Positions 32,453 through 43,025 are shown, counted from the stretch's first letter. The stretch is 64,000 bases of DNA from Solirubrobacteraceae bacterium (GCA_034665005.1 JAXDGO010000048.1:38863-102862), one strand, 5' to 3'. Program-made: numbers and translations. The notes: a model not told the origin generated them from the letters alone.

Positions 32453-34170
32453 GGGGCGGACGTTACCGACCCGGAGGCGTCCCTGAGACGCAGCCGCTCA
32501 GGCGCGGCGGGGTTGTGCAGCAGAAAGCCCTGGCCGACGGAGCAGTCGAGCTCCCGCACCAGGGCGAGCTGGCGATTGGTTTCGATCCCGACCGCCACCG
32601 CCGTGAGGCCGGCCTCCTTGGCGAGCGCGATCGAGCCGGCGAACACGGCGCGCCGCTCCTTGTCGCGATCGAAGTTCTGGACAAGCGCGCGGTCGACCTT
32701 GAGGATGTCGAGCGGGAGGTTGCTCGGCAGGCGCAGCGAGTACTCGCCGGATCCGAAGTTGTCGAGCGCGATGGATACCCCAAGTCGCTTGAGGTCCTTG
32801 AGCGCGTCGCGCGCGCGCTCGGGGTCGCGCATGACGGCGTCCTCGCTGACCTCCAGGCACAGCGCGCGGCCCGGGAGCCGGCAGTACGCGAGCTCCTCTC
32901 GCACGCGCTCGGCGAGATCGAGCTCGGTGAGCTCGCGCGCCGAGACGTTGACCGAGATCGGGATCATGATGCCGTTGCGCCGCCAGAGCTCGGCCTGCGC
33001 GCAGGCGGTGTGCAGCACCCAGTTGCCGATCTGCACGATCAGGTCGCTCTCCTCCGCGCGCGGCAGGAACATCGCCGGGAGCATGTCGGCTCCGCCGGGC
33101 TGTTCGCTTCCGCTGGGGCGCCAGCGCACGAGCGCCTCGCAGCCCACCGCGTAGCCGCCGGCGAGCGGGAGGATCGGCTGATAGGCGAGCAGCAGCTCGT
33201 GCCGCGGGAGCGCGTCGCGCAGGCGGCTTTCGATCTCCATGCGCATGATCAGCTCCTGGCGCAGGCTCTCGTCGAACAGCGTCAGGCGGCGGCCGCCCGC
33301 GGCCTTCGCCCGGTACATCGCCACATCGGCCTCGCGCAGCATGCTTTCCGGGTCGGCGTTGGCGTCGTGCGAGACCGACACGCCGACGCTCGCCAGCATC
33401 GCCACTTCTGCCGACGCGAGCGGAAACGGCTTCTCGAGCGCGTCGAGCACGCGCTCGGCCAGCGCCATCGCCTCACCCTCGCTGTCGATGTCCTCGGCGA
33501 GGATCACGAACTCGTCGCCGCCGAGACGCGCGACCGTGTCGCTGTCGCGCATCAGCTCCGCGAGGCGCTCGGAGATCGAGATCAGTAGCTGGTCGCCGAC
33601 GTCGTGGCCGAGGTTGTCGTTGACCGCCTTGAACCTGTCGAGGTCCACGAACAGCATCGCTACGACGCCGCGGCTGCGATGCAGGCGCGAGAGCGCCTGA
33701 CGCGCGCGGTCCATCAGCAGCAGGCGGTTCGGCAGTCGCGTCAGCGGGTCGTGCAGCGCCTGGCGCTCGAGCCACATGCGGTCGGTGACGTCCTTCGCCG
33801 CGGCGTACCAGGTGTCGCCGTCGCAGCGGGTGCTCCACATCAGCCAGCGCCAGGATCCGTCGCGATGGCGGTAGCGGTTGGTGAACTGCTCGAGCTGCGC
33901 CGGGCGCTCGTTGCCGGCGAGCAGCAGCGCCAGCGTGTGCTCGACGTCCTCGGGATGCATGAACTCCTGGATCGGCCGTGCCAGCAGCTCCTCGCGCGTC
34001 CAGCCCAGCAGCTGTTCCCATGCCGGGTTCAGCAGCGTGAAGCGGCCGTCGAGTGAGATCGTCGCGAGCAGGTCACTGGTCATCTCGAACAGCCGCGAGA
34101 TGCGGGCCTCGCCGTAGACGAAGTCGGCCGAGCTAACGCTGGCAGGGGTGGTCGTGTCGGTCGATCCCAT
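32410..34170 (-). CDS. PAS-GGDEF-EAL protein (EAL probably degenerate)
   Basis: PAS region, HDPLTRLPNR, RLGGDEF, CEALVRW; DNFGSG and AVGIET instead of DDFGTG and AEGVET. Confidence 0.9.
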   Translation of the reverse strand: MGSTDTTTPASVSSADFVYGEARISRLFEMTSDLLATISLDGRFTLLNPAWEQLLGWTREELLARPIQEFMHPEDVEHTLALLLAGNERPAQLEQFTNRYRHRDGSWRWLMWSTRCDGDTWYAAAKDVTDRMWLERQALHDPLTRLPNRLLLMDRARQALSRLHRSRGVVAMLFVDLDRFKAVNDNLGHDVGDQLLISISERLAELMRDSDTVARLGGDEFVILAEDIDSEGEAMALAERVLDALEKPFPLASAEVAMLASVGVSVSHDANADPESMLREADVAMYRAKAAGGRRLTLFDESLRQELIMRMEIESRLRDALPRHELLLAYQPILPLAGGYAVGCEALVRWRPSGSEQPGGADMLPAMFLPRAEESDLIVQIGNWVLHTACAQAELWRRNGIMIPISVNVSARELTELDLAERVREELAYCRLPGRALCLEVSEDAVMRDPERARDALKDLKRLGVSIALDNFGSGEYSLRLPSNLPLDILKVDRALVQNFDRDKERRAVFAGSIALAKEAGLTAVAVGIETNRQLALVRELDCSVGQGFLLHNPAAPERLRLRDASGSVTSAPWRPLVRLGSGSRR

Positions 34171-34321
34171 TCCTGCTAACCACGTCGACCGGCGCGGGGC
34201 GCTGGCCCGTCGACACGCCCGCCAGTGGACGGATTGCCTAAACGTATTCGAGATGTTCCAAGGCCCGTCCACGCCGCCGGCGGGGCCAGGAGGCGGGTCG
34301 CCGAGAGGGCCCGGCGGGCGC

Positions 34322-34810
34322 TCAGGAAGCGCTGCCGAGGCGGGCTGGCGACTCCGCGCCCGCGCCCTGCGGAACCGGCGGCCCGGTGTCGTGGGCAGGA
34401 GGCTCGCCGCGCAGGAAGCGCCAGGTCGCGAGGCACGCCAGAATCGTCATGATCACGGCGCTCGACGCGCACCACTCGCAGACGGCGTGGATCGTGAACA
34501 GCTCGCGGTAGGTCAGATAGGCGCTGAAGCCGAAGCCGACCAGCGTGAAGCCCATCGTCGCCAGGCGCGCCGTCTCGCCTTCGCGGACGAGCAGCGAGCC
34601 CAGGATCGCGATGTAGCCGATCAGGCCGATCAGCGCCACCGGGACGCCGGCGAGCTTGGAGTAGACCGAGGTCTGCACCTTCGCGCAGCTCCCACCGGCG
34701 GTGCACACCGGCTTGATGCCCGCATAGTGCACGTAGGTCAGGTAGCTGGCGACGCCGAGCCCGATCACCGTGAGCACGATCAGCGTGATCCGCAGGGTCC
34801 GTGCGCTCAT
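34322..34810 (-). CDS. vitamin K epoxide reductase (VKOR) family protein
   Basis: CTAGGSC, VQTSVYS and CEWC motifs; TM segments. Confidence 0.9.
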   Translation of the reverse strand: MSARTLRITLIVLTVIGLGVASYLTYVHYAGIKPVCTAGGSCAKVQTSVYSKLAGVPVALIGLIGYIAILGSLLVREGETARLATMGFTLVGFGFSAYLTYRELFTIHAVCEWCASSAVIMTILACLATWRFLRGEPPAHDTGPPVPQGAGAESPARLGSAS

Positions 34811-34817
34811 CGCGGCC

Positions 34818-35648
34818 CTAGCTTTTAAGCAGCTTTTCGATCGCGGCGTTGAATGAGGCCGGGTCGGTGTACGAGCTTGGTTCCAGTTTGCCCATCGCTC
34901 CGCCGGTCTTGCCGATCAGGAACGCCGGTGTGCCATTGAAGCCGGCGTTGTTCGCGGCCTGCGCGTCGGTCGCCACTTCGTTGGCGAGCGCAGCGTCGCC
35001 GCGATCGTTGGTCCACCGCGTCAGATCCAACCCCGGGACCTGTTCGGCGAGGTTGCGCAGGTAGCTTTCGGTGACGTATCCGGATCCCTCTTCGCCCTGC
35101 TCGCGGTAGAAGAGCTCGATGTAGTACCAGAGCTTCTGCTGCTTGCCGGCCGCGAGAGCCGCCACCTGCTGCGTTTTGAAGACTTCGGGTTCGCGGGTCG
35201 CCGTCTCGAGCGAGCGGTACTCGATCTTCAGCTTGCCGCCGCGCACCCAGTTCTGGATGATCGGCGAGAGCGCGCCCTCGGTGAACTGCTGGCAGCCCGG
35301 GCACTCCAGGTCGCCGAAGTACCGGAGGGTGACGGGAGCCGTGGGGCTCCCGAGCACGTTGCCGCCCTGCTGTATCCCCCCGAGCAGCGCGCTCACTTCG
35401 GCGACGTTCTTGTTCGCCTGTTTGCTGTGGCTTGCGACCGGTTTGCTCTTGCCGCTGCCGCCCGAGGCGATCAGGATCACGACGACGGCGACGACTACGA
35501 CCGCAACGACGACGCCGAGCTGCGTGAGGCGGGTGCGCCGCGCGGCGCTCTCGAGCTGCGCCTGCTCCACGGCCTTGCGCTCCGCGCGCGCCTGCTCGCG
35601 GCGCTGCTTGCGCGTGAGGTCCTCCTCTTCGCTCTCTACGCGATTCAT
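34818..35648 (-). CDS. membrane-anchored DsbA-family thioredoxin
   Basis: N-terminal TM segment, DLECPGC, GTP cis-Pro loop; paired with VKOR. Confidence 0.9.
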   Translation of the reverse strand: MNRVESEEEDLTRKQRREQARAERKAVEQAQLESAARRTRLTQLGVVVAVVVVAVVVILIASGGSGKSKPVASHSKQANKNVAEVSALLGGIQQGGNVLGSPTAPVTLRYFGDLECPGCQQFTEGALSPIIQNWVRGGKLKIEYRSLETATREPEVFKTQQVAALAAGKQQKLWYYIELFYREQGEEGSGYVTESYLRNLAEQVPGLDLTRWTNDRGDAALANEVATDAQAANNAGFNGTPAFLIGKTGGAMGKLEPSSYTDPASFNAAIEKLLKS

Positions 35649-35813
35649 TGCGCCAACTTTTACACATTTCTGATCAACGCCGCCTAAGGATGCTGCCTCC
35701 CCGCCGCGGGACGCGCGGACCGGGCCCCGCGGTCGATCCCCGCCACGTGCCACGATGCACGGGAACTGCGCGAAATCCCCGGCTGGACGGGCTGCCGCGC
35801 AGCCCGGGATCGC

Positions 35814-35887
35814 GCCCCCGTAGCTCAACTGGACAGAGCGCCGGCCTTCTAAGCCGGATGTTGCTGGTTCGAATCCAGCCGGGGGCA
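35814..35887 (+). tRNA. tRNA-Arg (TCT)
   Basis: GCCCCCG acceptor stem, CCGGC-CTTCTAA-GCCGG, GGTTCGAATCC. Confidence 0.95.
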
Positions 35888-36087
35888 CTGGACCAGTGGA
35901 TCGCGGCTCTCGGCCGCCGCCAGCCGGATGTGCTTCGCAGGGTTCAGCCGGTGGTACGGTGTGGATGGGTCTCGGCGCTCAGACGGTCGGCGATCCGCAG
36001 CTGCGGCGGACGGATTCATCCGTCTCTTTCTCCCCCCTTCGCCGCGCCGCACAACGCTCAGGAGCGAGGCGAGAAAGCGAGCCTCGC

Positions 36088-36585
36088 ATGTCCGAGATTC
36101 AAGAGGAGCCTGCGTTCGGCGGTGCCGTGATGAGATCCATCTCAAACGCCGCCGTGCGCCTGCTCAGCGAATACACCGGCAGGGGTCCCACCAAGGCGCG
36201 TACATACGTCAATGACGATCTGATCAGCATCGTCCTGAAGGACACGATGACGACGGGCGAGCGCGGCCTGTGCAGGCGAGGCAAGGGCGAGCTCGTGCTG
36301 TCGGTTCGCAAGGCCTACCAGGACACGATGGGCCCGGCGCTGATCGCGGCCGTCGAGCTCAACTCGGGCCGGCGTGTCCTCGCGTTCCTCAGCGCCAACC
36401 ACCTCGATCCCGACGTAGCTGTCGAGTCCTTCGTGATGGGCGCAGCGACCAACGGAGACCTGGCAGAGCTGGACGGCGGAGCGGCGGAGCTCCACGACCC
36501 GGTGGCATTGCGGGACGACTCGGTGGCGGTGCCGCACGCCGTGGCCGCTGGCGACCGGGACGGCTCGGGCCCGGCGGAGATGTGA
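36088..36585 (+). CDS. DUF2294/MpsC-like protein
   Basis: ISNAAVRLLSEYTGRGPTKARTY...DPDVAVESF. Confidence 0.8.
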   Translation: MSEIQEEPAFGGAVMRSISNAAVRLLSEYTGRGPTKARTYVNDDLISIVLKDTMTTGERGLCRRGKGELVLSVRKAYQDTMGPALIAAVELNSGRRVLAFLSANHLDPDVAVESFVMGAATNGDLAELDGGAAELHDPVALRDDSVAVPHAVAAGDRDGSGPAEM

Positions 36586-36859
36586 GCTTTCTCACCGCCG
36601 CCTGCCCGGGAGCGGAGTAATTTCGGGGCGGACCCTCCGGCTGCCCTCTAGGCCGGAAGTTCAGGTGGTGCGCCCGTCCCGGGGCTGCTCTCTACGTGCT
36701 TTCGGCGCCTCGGGGCGGGGCCCTCGACGGCCTCGGCGAGTCACCCGCGACCTGCAGGGCGGGCGACTCAGCCTCTCAGCGAGCGCATCGCCTGGGCGGT
36801 CAGCGACGCCGAGGAAGTGCAACGCCGGCAGTCGCTGGAACGTCGCTAGATTGGAACAG

Positions 36860-37234
36860 ATGGCAAAAACATGGCGGCTCGACACGGAGACGAAGGGCAC
36901 GGGCGCACACATCGTGCCGCTCGAGAAGGCGCAGGAGGGATCGCGCAAGGACCAGGACCTGGCCACCGTGACGCTCGAGCGCCCACCCCGACCGCCGCGT
37001 CCGCCCGAGGAGCCGGCCGGGCCCTTGATCTTCAAGGTGCTCGACATCAGGAGCGGGCGCGTGCTGGGCGAAGACATCGACGCGCGCGCCACGGTCGAGG
37101 TGCTCGCGGAGGTCGGCAGCGTGGTCGACGTCCGCATCTACGTGTGGGTGCCGAAGGCGGCGCGCTGGCGGCTTCTGAGGCTCGATGAGCAGCGGGCCCT
37201 CTGGGAGTTTCGCGGCGAGGCGGTTTCGCGTTAG
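36860..37234 (+). CDS. conserved hypothetical protein
   Basis: MAKTWRLDTETKGTGAHIVPLE; TAGATT -10 box just upstream. Confidence 0.7.
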   Translation: MAKTWRLDTETKGTGAHIVPLEKAQEGSRKDQDLATVTLERPPRPPRPPEEPAGPLIFKVLDIRSGRVLGEDIDARATVEVLAEVGSVVDVRIYVWVPKAARWRLLRLDEQRALWEFRGEAVSR

Positions 37235-37288
37235 GAGCTGAGATCGGTCGCGGACTCGGCGACCGGGCCCCGCGAGCTCAGGAGCGGC

Positions 37289-37525
37289 TCACGGGCCGAA
37301 GTGGCCGGGTTCGTGTTCGTGGATCCGTTTTTCTTCTTCGCGCTGGTCCTTGACCTTTTCTTCTTCTTCCTTGCGTTTTTCCTCCGCCTGTTCGGCGGCT
37401 TCAGCCTGTTCGGCGGCGGAGGACGTCGTGGTTTCCGCCGCGCCCGTGCTCACCGTGTGCGAGCTTCCCCCGCATCCGCTCGCCAGCACCGCGAGCGCCA
37501 GCGTAAGCCCCGATCGAAAGCGCAT
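37289..37525 (-). CDS. small lipoprotein
   Basis: LASGC lipobox followed by a charged Glu/Lys-rich tail. Confidence 0.6.
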   Translation of the reverse strand: MRFRSGLTLALAVLASGCGGSSHTVSTGAAETTTSSAAEQAEAAEQAEEKRKEEEEKVKDQREEEKRIHEHEPGHFGP

Positions 37526-37570
37526 CTTCTCTCCTGCTCGACGTGGACGCGGCTAGCTTAGCCTTCGCCG

Positions 37571-39967
37571 ATGTTCGTCGTGACCACGCTGGTCTACCCG
37601 GTGCTGCTCGCAGCAGTGTGTCTCGGCGCGGGGCTCCTCACCGACCGTTTCAGCGGCGGCTTCCTGCCCGCGCCGCTGCTCCCGGCGGTCGGCGCGGCGA
37701 CACTCATCGGTGTCTCGCAGCTGAGCACCTACGTCCACGTGCTCGCGCCGTCGACGCCCTACCTGCTTGCTGCGGCCGCGATCGCGGGTTTCGCGCTCTC
37801 GAGGGCGAGGGTGCGGACGCTCATGCGCCGCACCCGCGAGCAGCCCTGGCCGGTGCTCGCGTCGGCCGCCGTCTATGTGATCGCGATCGCTCCTGTGCTC
37901 CTCGCCGGGCGGCCCAGCTTCTCCTCCTTCATGGCGCTCAGCGACTCGGCCGTGCACATGATCGGCGCCGACTTCCTGATTCGCCATGGCCAGGACTATG
38001 CGCATCTTGACCTTCGCAACTCCTACGGCCAGTTCATCAACGCCTACTACAACAACGGCTACCCGTCCGGCGCCGACACGCTGTTCGGCGGCAGCGCCTT
38101 CCTGCTACGGCTCCCGCTGATCTGGGCCTTTCAGCCGTTCAACGCGTTCGTGCTCGCATCCGCCACCGGGCCGGCGTGGCTGCTCGCCCGCCGGATGGGC
38201 CTCGCAGCGGGTTGGTCTGCGGTGGCAGCGATGACCGCCGTGCTGCCCGCGCTCGTCTACGCGTACGAGCTGCTCGGGTCGGTCAAGGAGATCACCGCGC
38301 TGGCGATGATCCTCACACTCGGCTGCCTCGTCGTCGTGCATCGCGAGTGGCTCGGCCGCGCTCCTGCCCGCGCGATCCCGTTCGCGCTGGTGCTCGCCGC
38401 GGGGGTCTCCGCGTTGGGCGTGGCATTCGGCGCCTGGGCGCTGGCGGCGGTTGCGGTCCTCGTCGCGATCACGGCGCTGCAGCTGCGCCGCGGGGAGGCG
38501 GCGCGGCGCCCGCTGCTCACGGCCTCGGCGGGAGCGCTCGCCGTGCTGATCGCCGCCTGGCCAACCTGGGTCCACCTGTCGGGATCGGTTCGCGTCGCCC
38601 AGAACATCGCCTCGACCGGCAACTCGGGCAACCTGCACACGCCGCTGCATACGATCCAGGTGCTCGGCGTGTGGCTGCGGGGCAGCTACAAGCTCTCACC
38701 GGCGGGCGCGGCGCTCGACCTCACGCACGCGCTGAGCCTCGTCGTCCTCATCGCCGCGGTGCTCGGCGCCGTGCAGCTGCTGCGGATCCGCGCATACGCG
38801 CTCGCCGGCTGGCTCGCGTGCATGCTGCTCGCATGGCTCGCTGTCAGCGTGTCGGTGACCACCTGGGCGGGCGCGAAGGCGCTGGTGCTGACCTCGCCGG
38901 TGATCGTGCTGCTCGCCTGGGGCGGGCTGGTGGCACTGCGCGCCTATTCGCCGCGCCCGATCGCCCGCGCGGCGGTGTGGACGGTCGCGATCGCGATCGC
39001 CGGTGGCGTGCTCGCTTCCGACGCGCTTCAGTACCACAGCTCGAACCTCGCGCCGACCGCCCGTTATGAAGAGCTCGCCTCCGTGAACAGCCGCTTCGCC
39101 GGAAGGGGTCCTGCGCTGTTTACCGACTTCGACGAATACTCGATGTATGAGCTGCGCGACCTCGACGTCGGCGGAGCCGACTTCGTCTACCCGCCGCCGG
39201 CCCTCGCAGCGATCGCGCGAGGCTACGGGCAGCCGGTCGAGCTCGATCGGGCCAATCCGGCCGCGCTTCGCTCCTATCCGCTGATCGTCACACGCCGCGA
39301 CCCCGCGGCCGGCGACCCGCCGTCCGCCTATCGCCTGCTCTGGCACGGCGCCTACTACGAGGTCTGGGGGCGCCGGCCGGGTTCCCCGCCTGCGATCGCG
39401 CACGTGCGGCTGAGCGGCGCGCCGTCGGTGCAGTGCGCGCGCATCCGCCGGCTGGCGCAGGCCTCCGGCGCTCGAGGCGTGCTGTCTGCCGCCGACGCGC
39501 CGCAGATCGTCGCGATCCCGCTGGCGGACGCCTCCCACCCCGCCCGCTGGGGACACCGGCGGCAGGGCCTCGTGATGACGACTCCGGGGCGCCTCTCGGC
39601 GAGCTTCCGGCTGCCCGCCGGCTCCTCATGGGAGGTCTGGATCCAGGGGCAGCTGATGCCTACGGTCGAGCTGGCGCTCGACGGGCGCCCGCTGGCGTCG
39701 ATCGGCGGGCAGCTGAGCGGCAACTCGCTCGTCGCCGACACCGTGCCACCGATCCCGGTGCGCCTCGAGCCGGGGCTTCATCGCCTGACGCTCACACGCG
39801 GCGGCACGAGCCTCGCGCCCGGGAGCGGCGGCTCGGCGGTGCTCGATGCGATCTTCCTGACCGCCGCAGGCGCCGGGACGCAGCGACGGCTCAGCACGGT
39901 CCCTCTGGGGCAATGGCGCGCGCTCTGCGGCCGGCGCTACGACTGGATCGAGCTGCTCCCGGCCTAG
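37571..39967 (+). CDS. polytopic membrane protein, possibly a GT-C glycosyltransferase
   Basis: many TM segments followed by an extracytoplasmic C-terminal domain. Confidence 0.65.
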   Translation: MFVVTTLVYPVLLAAVCLGAGLLTDRFSGGFLPAPLLPAVGAATLIGVSQLSTYVHVLAPSTPYLLAAAAIAGFALSRARVRTLMRRTREQPWPVLASAAVYVIAIAPVLLAGRPSFSSFMALSDSAVHMIGADFLIRHGQDYAHLDLRNSYGQFINAYYNNGYPSGADTLFGGSAFLLRLPLIWAFQPFNAFVLASATGPAWLLARRMGLAAGWSAVAAMTAVLPALVYAYELLGSVKEITALAMILTLGCLVVVHREWLGRAPARAIPFALVLAAGVSALGVAFGAWALAAVAVLVAITALQLRRGEAARRPLLTASAGALAVLIAAWPTWVHLSGSVRVAQNIASTGNSGNLHTPLHTIQVLGVWLRGSYKLSPAGAALDLTHALSLVVLIAAVLGAVQLLRIRAYALAGWLACMLLAWLAVSVSVTTWAGAKALVLTSPVIVLLAWGGLVALRAYSPRPIARAAVWTVAIAIAGGVLASDALQYHSSNLAPTARYEELASVNSRFAGRGPALFTDFDEYSMYELRDLDVGGADFVYPPPALAAIARGYGQPVELDRANPAALRSYPLIVTRRDPAAGDPPSAYRLLWHGAYYEVWGRRPGSPPAIAHVRLSGAPSVQCARIRRLAQASGARGVLSAADAPQIVAIPLADASHPARWGHRRQGLVMTTPGRLSASFRLPAGSSWEVWIQGQLMPTVELALDGRPLASIGGQLSGNSLVADTVPPIPVRLEPGLHRLTLTRGGTSLAPGSGGSAVLDAIFLTAAGAGTQRRLSTVPLGQWRALCGRRYDWIELLPA

Positions 39968-41526
39968 CCTCGGCGCCGCGAATGCGTCCGCGACACCGTG
40001 AGGAGCACGGCGCTGCTGGGGGCCATCGTGAGCCCCATCACGCCCGCGCGAACAGCGGCTCGCGGCAGCGGCCTGAGCGCCTGCCACGACCCGTCGCGCG
40101 CCACAGCTCGCCCGCCGAGCGTCACGCCGGCGCTCGCCTGCGGGGAGGGCGCCGAGAGCTCGAGCACCGAGCCCGCGCGGAAGCGCCTGCCGACATGCAG
40201 GCTCAATGACACGGGACGTGAGCCGGGCGGGTCCTCGTCGACGATCACGATATGCAGCCCTCCGTTCGGGGTGCGCAGCGCCCTCACGGCGACGTTCGCC
40301 GGCTGCGTCGATGAGACCGACGTGCGCACCGGGCGATCACCGATCAGGCCCTTGGTCAGCAGCAGCGCATACCAGACGGGGCGGGCCGTCAACACGCCCG
40401 CCTGCAGGTAGGCCGGGCTGCTCCCGCACACCGGGGTGTATCCGAGGCAGTTCGCGGGGTTGCCCTGGAGGTTGATGCCCGTCGCACCGGCGGCCATCGC
40501 CTGCGAGATGTAGTCGCTCGCCCACAGCGCAGAGGCGAACGTGTCGCTGACCCCTGCGCGGCCGCCACAGGAGACCGAGTTGGCCTCGTCCATACGGAAC
40601 GGGATCCGGCTGCGCCGCGACACGGACAGGTAGCGCACCAGCGAGATCGCCTCCAGGTGGCGCGTCTGCTCGCTCAGGAGGTCGGCGATCGACGGCGGCG
40701 GGGACTGATGGCAGCCGAGCGGATAGTGATGCCCGGTGAGGAGCGCCGGTCTCTGCCCACGCACAGAGGCCGGTCCCCATTTGAGGAAGCTGTGGGAGCC
40801 CGACACGCCGGGGGAGGCGAAGCGAATCCCATGCGACAGCCTGCGGATCGCTGTGCGGTAGGCGCGGACCTCTGCGTCGTAGACCGCAGGATTCCAGGGC
40901 AGCGGTCTCAGGCCGTGGCGCGCGAACGCGTCCGGCTCGTTGCCGATCTCCACGCCGGCGAGCGAGGACCCGAGAGCGCGCTTGGCCTCCCTCACCTCGC
41001 GCGCCGCCGCGAGCGGTTCGTAGTGGGCGAGGCCGACGGTCAGCAGGACCCGCCAGCCGCTGCGCGCCGCCAGGACGCCGAGCCTGCGCAGATCGCCGGC
41101 TTCGAGCACGCTGCTCGTCCATGCGGGCCTTGGCGTGGCGGCGTCCGTCCACGCGATCCTCGTGTCCGCCGACACGCCGCCGAAGCGCAGCAGCCCCGGC
41201 CCCAGCGAACGCAGCAGGCGCACGAAGTTGCCGCTCGCACCGTAGGTCGCGATCTGCGGGAGCGAGGAGGCCTCGAAGGAGAGCCCTAGAAAGCGAGGCG
41301 GAACCCGTCGGCCGGGGTGGCGCAGCGTGATACGCACCGAGATCGGCACCGCGCCGGACTGCGCGGGGGGGAGGGACGCGCTGGTCCGCGCCCGGTCGGC
41401 ATCCTCGCCCACCCCGCTCGCGACGAGCGCAAGCGCGCCGGCCGCAGCGAGCACGAAGGCGATGACCGTGCGGCGCATGCGCCTGCGCCCGGCAGCCCGC
41501 GCGCGCGGTATCTCGATGTGCTGCAT
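39964..41526 (-). CDS. secreted glycoside hydrolase, GH79-like
   Basis: FLGLSFE, LRFGG, EIGNEPD, MDEANS and GVSDTFASALWASD motifs. Confidence 0.85.
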   Translation of the reverse strand: MQHIEIPRARAAGRRRMRRTVIAFVLAAAGALALVASGVGEDADRARTSASLPPAQSGAVPISVRITLRHPGRRVPPRFLGLSFEASSLPQIATYGASGNFVRLLRSLGPGLLRFGGVSADTRIAWTDAATPRPAWTSSVLEAGDLRRLGVLAARSGWRVLLTVGLAHYEPLAAAREVREAKRALGSSLAGVEIGNEPDAFARHGLRPLPWNPAVYDAEVRAYRTAIRRLSHGIRFASPGVSGSHSFLKWGPASVRGQRPALLTGHHYPLGCHQSPPPSIADLLSEQTRHLEAISLVRYLSVSRRSRIPFRMDEANSVSCGGRAGVSDTFASALWASDYISQAMAAGATGINLQGNPANCLGYTPVCGSSPAYLQAGVLTARPVWYALLLTKGLIGDRPVRTSVSSTQPANVAVRALRTPNGGLHIVIVDEDPPGSRPVSLSLHVGRRFRAGSVLELSAPSPQASAGVTLGGRAVARDGSWQALRPLPRAAVRAGVMGLTMAPSSAVLLTVSRTHSRRRG

Positions 41527-41583
41527 GCACCCTGCAGTAAACCGACACTGGAGCCCGTCGGCGTCTCAACGTAACCTCGTGGC

Positions 41584-42462
41584 GTGCGCGGCGGCGGCGA
41601 ATCACAGGCGGTGGACCAGATCCTGCTCGGCGAGAACCTCGAGCTGCTGGGTGGCTTCGCGGACGGATCCTTCCAGCTGATCTACATCGATCCGCCGTTC
41701 AACACCGGCGGCGCGCAGACGCGCAGGACCCTGCGGGCCGTCCATGACGAGGATGGCGAGCGCACTGGATTCAAGGGTCGTCGCTATCGCACGAAGCTGC
41801 TCGCGCAGTCCTCGTACGGGGACGAGTTCGACGACTACCTGGCGTTCCTCTCGCCGCGGCTCGAGCACGCCCACCGGCTACTGCGCGGCGAGGGCACGCT
41901 CTACTTCCACATCGACTATCGCGAGGCGCATCACTGCAAGCTGCTGCTCGATGAGATCTTCGGGCGCGACTGCTTCCTCAACGAGATCATCTGGGCCTAC
42001 GACTACGGCGGCCGCAGCAAGCGCCGCTGGCCGTCAAAGCACGACACGATCCTCGTCTATGTCAAGGATCGGGCCGGCTACTACTTCGACTCCGATGGCG
42101 TTGACCGCGAGCCCTACATGGCGCCGGGACTGGTGACACCCGAGAAGGCGCAGCGCGGCAAGCTGCCGACCGACGTCTGGTGGCACACGATCGTGCCGAC
42201 CAGCGGTCACGAGAAGACCGGCTATCCGACACAGAAGCCGGAGGGCATCGTGCGCCGGATGGTCCAGGCCTCGACTCGGCCGGGCGATTGGTGCCTGGAT
42301 TTCTTCGCCGGCAGCGGCACGCTCGGCGCCGTCGCGGCGCAGCTCGGGCGCCGCTACGTGCTGATCGACTCCAACCCGCAGGCCGTAGAGGTCATGCGTG
42401 CCCGCCTGGGCCGGCCGCATGCCGGCGACGGCGCCCGGGCGGCCGCTGCCGCGCGCGAGTAG
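41584..42462 (+). CDS. orphan N4-C/N6-A DNA methyltransferase (beta class)
   Basis: YIDPPF precedes YPTQKP and DFFAGSGT; no nuclease gene adjacent. Confidence 0.92.
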   Translation: MRGGGESQAVDQILLGENLELLGGFADGSFQLIYIDPPFNTGGAQTRRTLRAVHDEDGERTGFKGRRYRTKLLAQSSYGDEFDDYLAFLSPRLEHAHRLLRGEGTLYFHIDYREAHHCKLLLDEIFGRDCFLNEIIWAYDYGGRSKRRWPSKHDTILVYVKDRAGYYFDSDGVDREPYMAPGLVTPEKAQRGKLPTDVWWHTIVPTSGHEKTGYPTQKPEGIVRRMVQASTRPGDWCLDFFAGSGTLGAVAAQLGRRYVLIDSNPQAVEVMRARLGRPHAGDGARAAAAARE

Positions 42463-42504
42463 AGCGGCCCTCGCCGGGGCCGCCGACATGCGAGCCTTTG
42501 GCCG

Positions 42505-42993
42505 GTGTACCACCTCGAGCTGCGCCAGTTTCCGCACAACGTCTGCCGCTTCAACCTGAGCGAGCAGCAGCTCCTTGCCGTCACCGCGCCGTGGGCGCGC
42601 GAGCAGGTGGTCGACGTGGGGGAACGAAAGTGGAGCCCCCACCAGGCGAGGCTCACGATCCTCGAGGCTCCGCGGCTGGCAGTGGAGGAGCTCACGATGG
42701 GCCGTGGGTGGCGCACAGCCGAGCGCAGGGGAGAGGATGTGACCGAGCGCATGCTGGCCGCGGCCAAGGCCGCCGCGCCCGCGCAGGAGCGGCCCTCTCC
42801 CAACGCCGTCGCCCCCGGCGTCGCCGACCCGCTCGCGCTAGGGGTGCAGCTCGCGTCTTTGCTCGGCAAGGATGCCGCGCGCCTGCTCGACGCGTGGCGC
42901 GCGGTCGTCGCGCGCAGCGCCGGCCTGACTCCCAGCGAGAGCCTCGCGCTGGCCGAACGCGAGATCGCAGCCGGCGGCGGAGAGGACCACTGA
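42505..42993 (+). CDS. hypothetical protein
   Basis: 162-aa ORF with host-like codon usage. Confidence 0.65.
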   Translation: MYHLELRQFPHNVCRFNLSEQQLLAVTAPWAREQVVDVGERKWSPHQARLTILEAPRLAVEELTMGRGWRTAERRGEDVTERMLAAAKAAAPAQERPSPNAVAPGVADPLALGVQLASLLGKDAARLLDAWRAVVARSAGLTPSESLALAEREIAAGGGEDH

Positions 42994-43025
42994 CTCGCCG
43001 CTAGACTTGGCTCTCGCAAAACCGT

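Noticed and set aside
34234-34282. 8-bp inverted repeat GTGGACGG/CCGTCCAC upstream of the GGDEF gene
   Set aside because: Short, GC-rich and widely spaced, with no other support.
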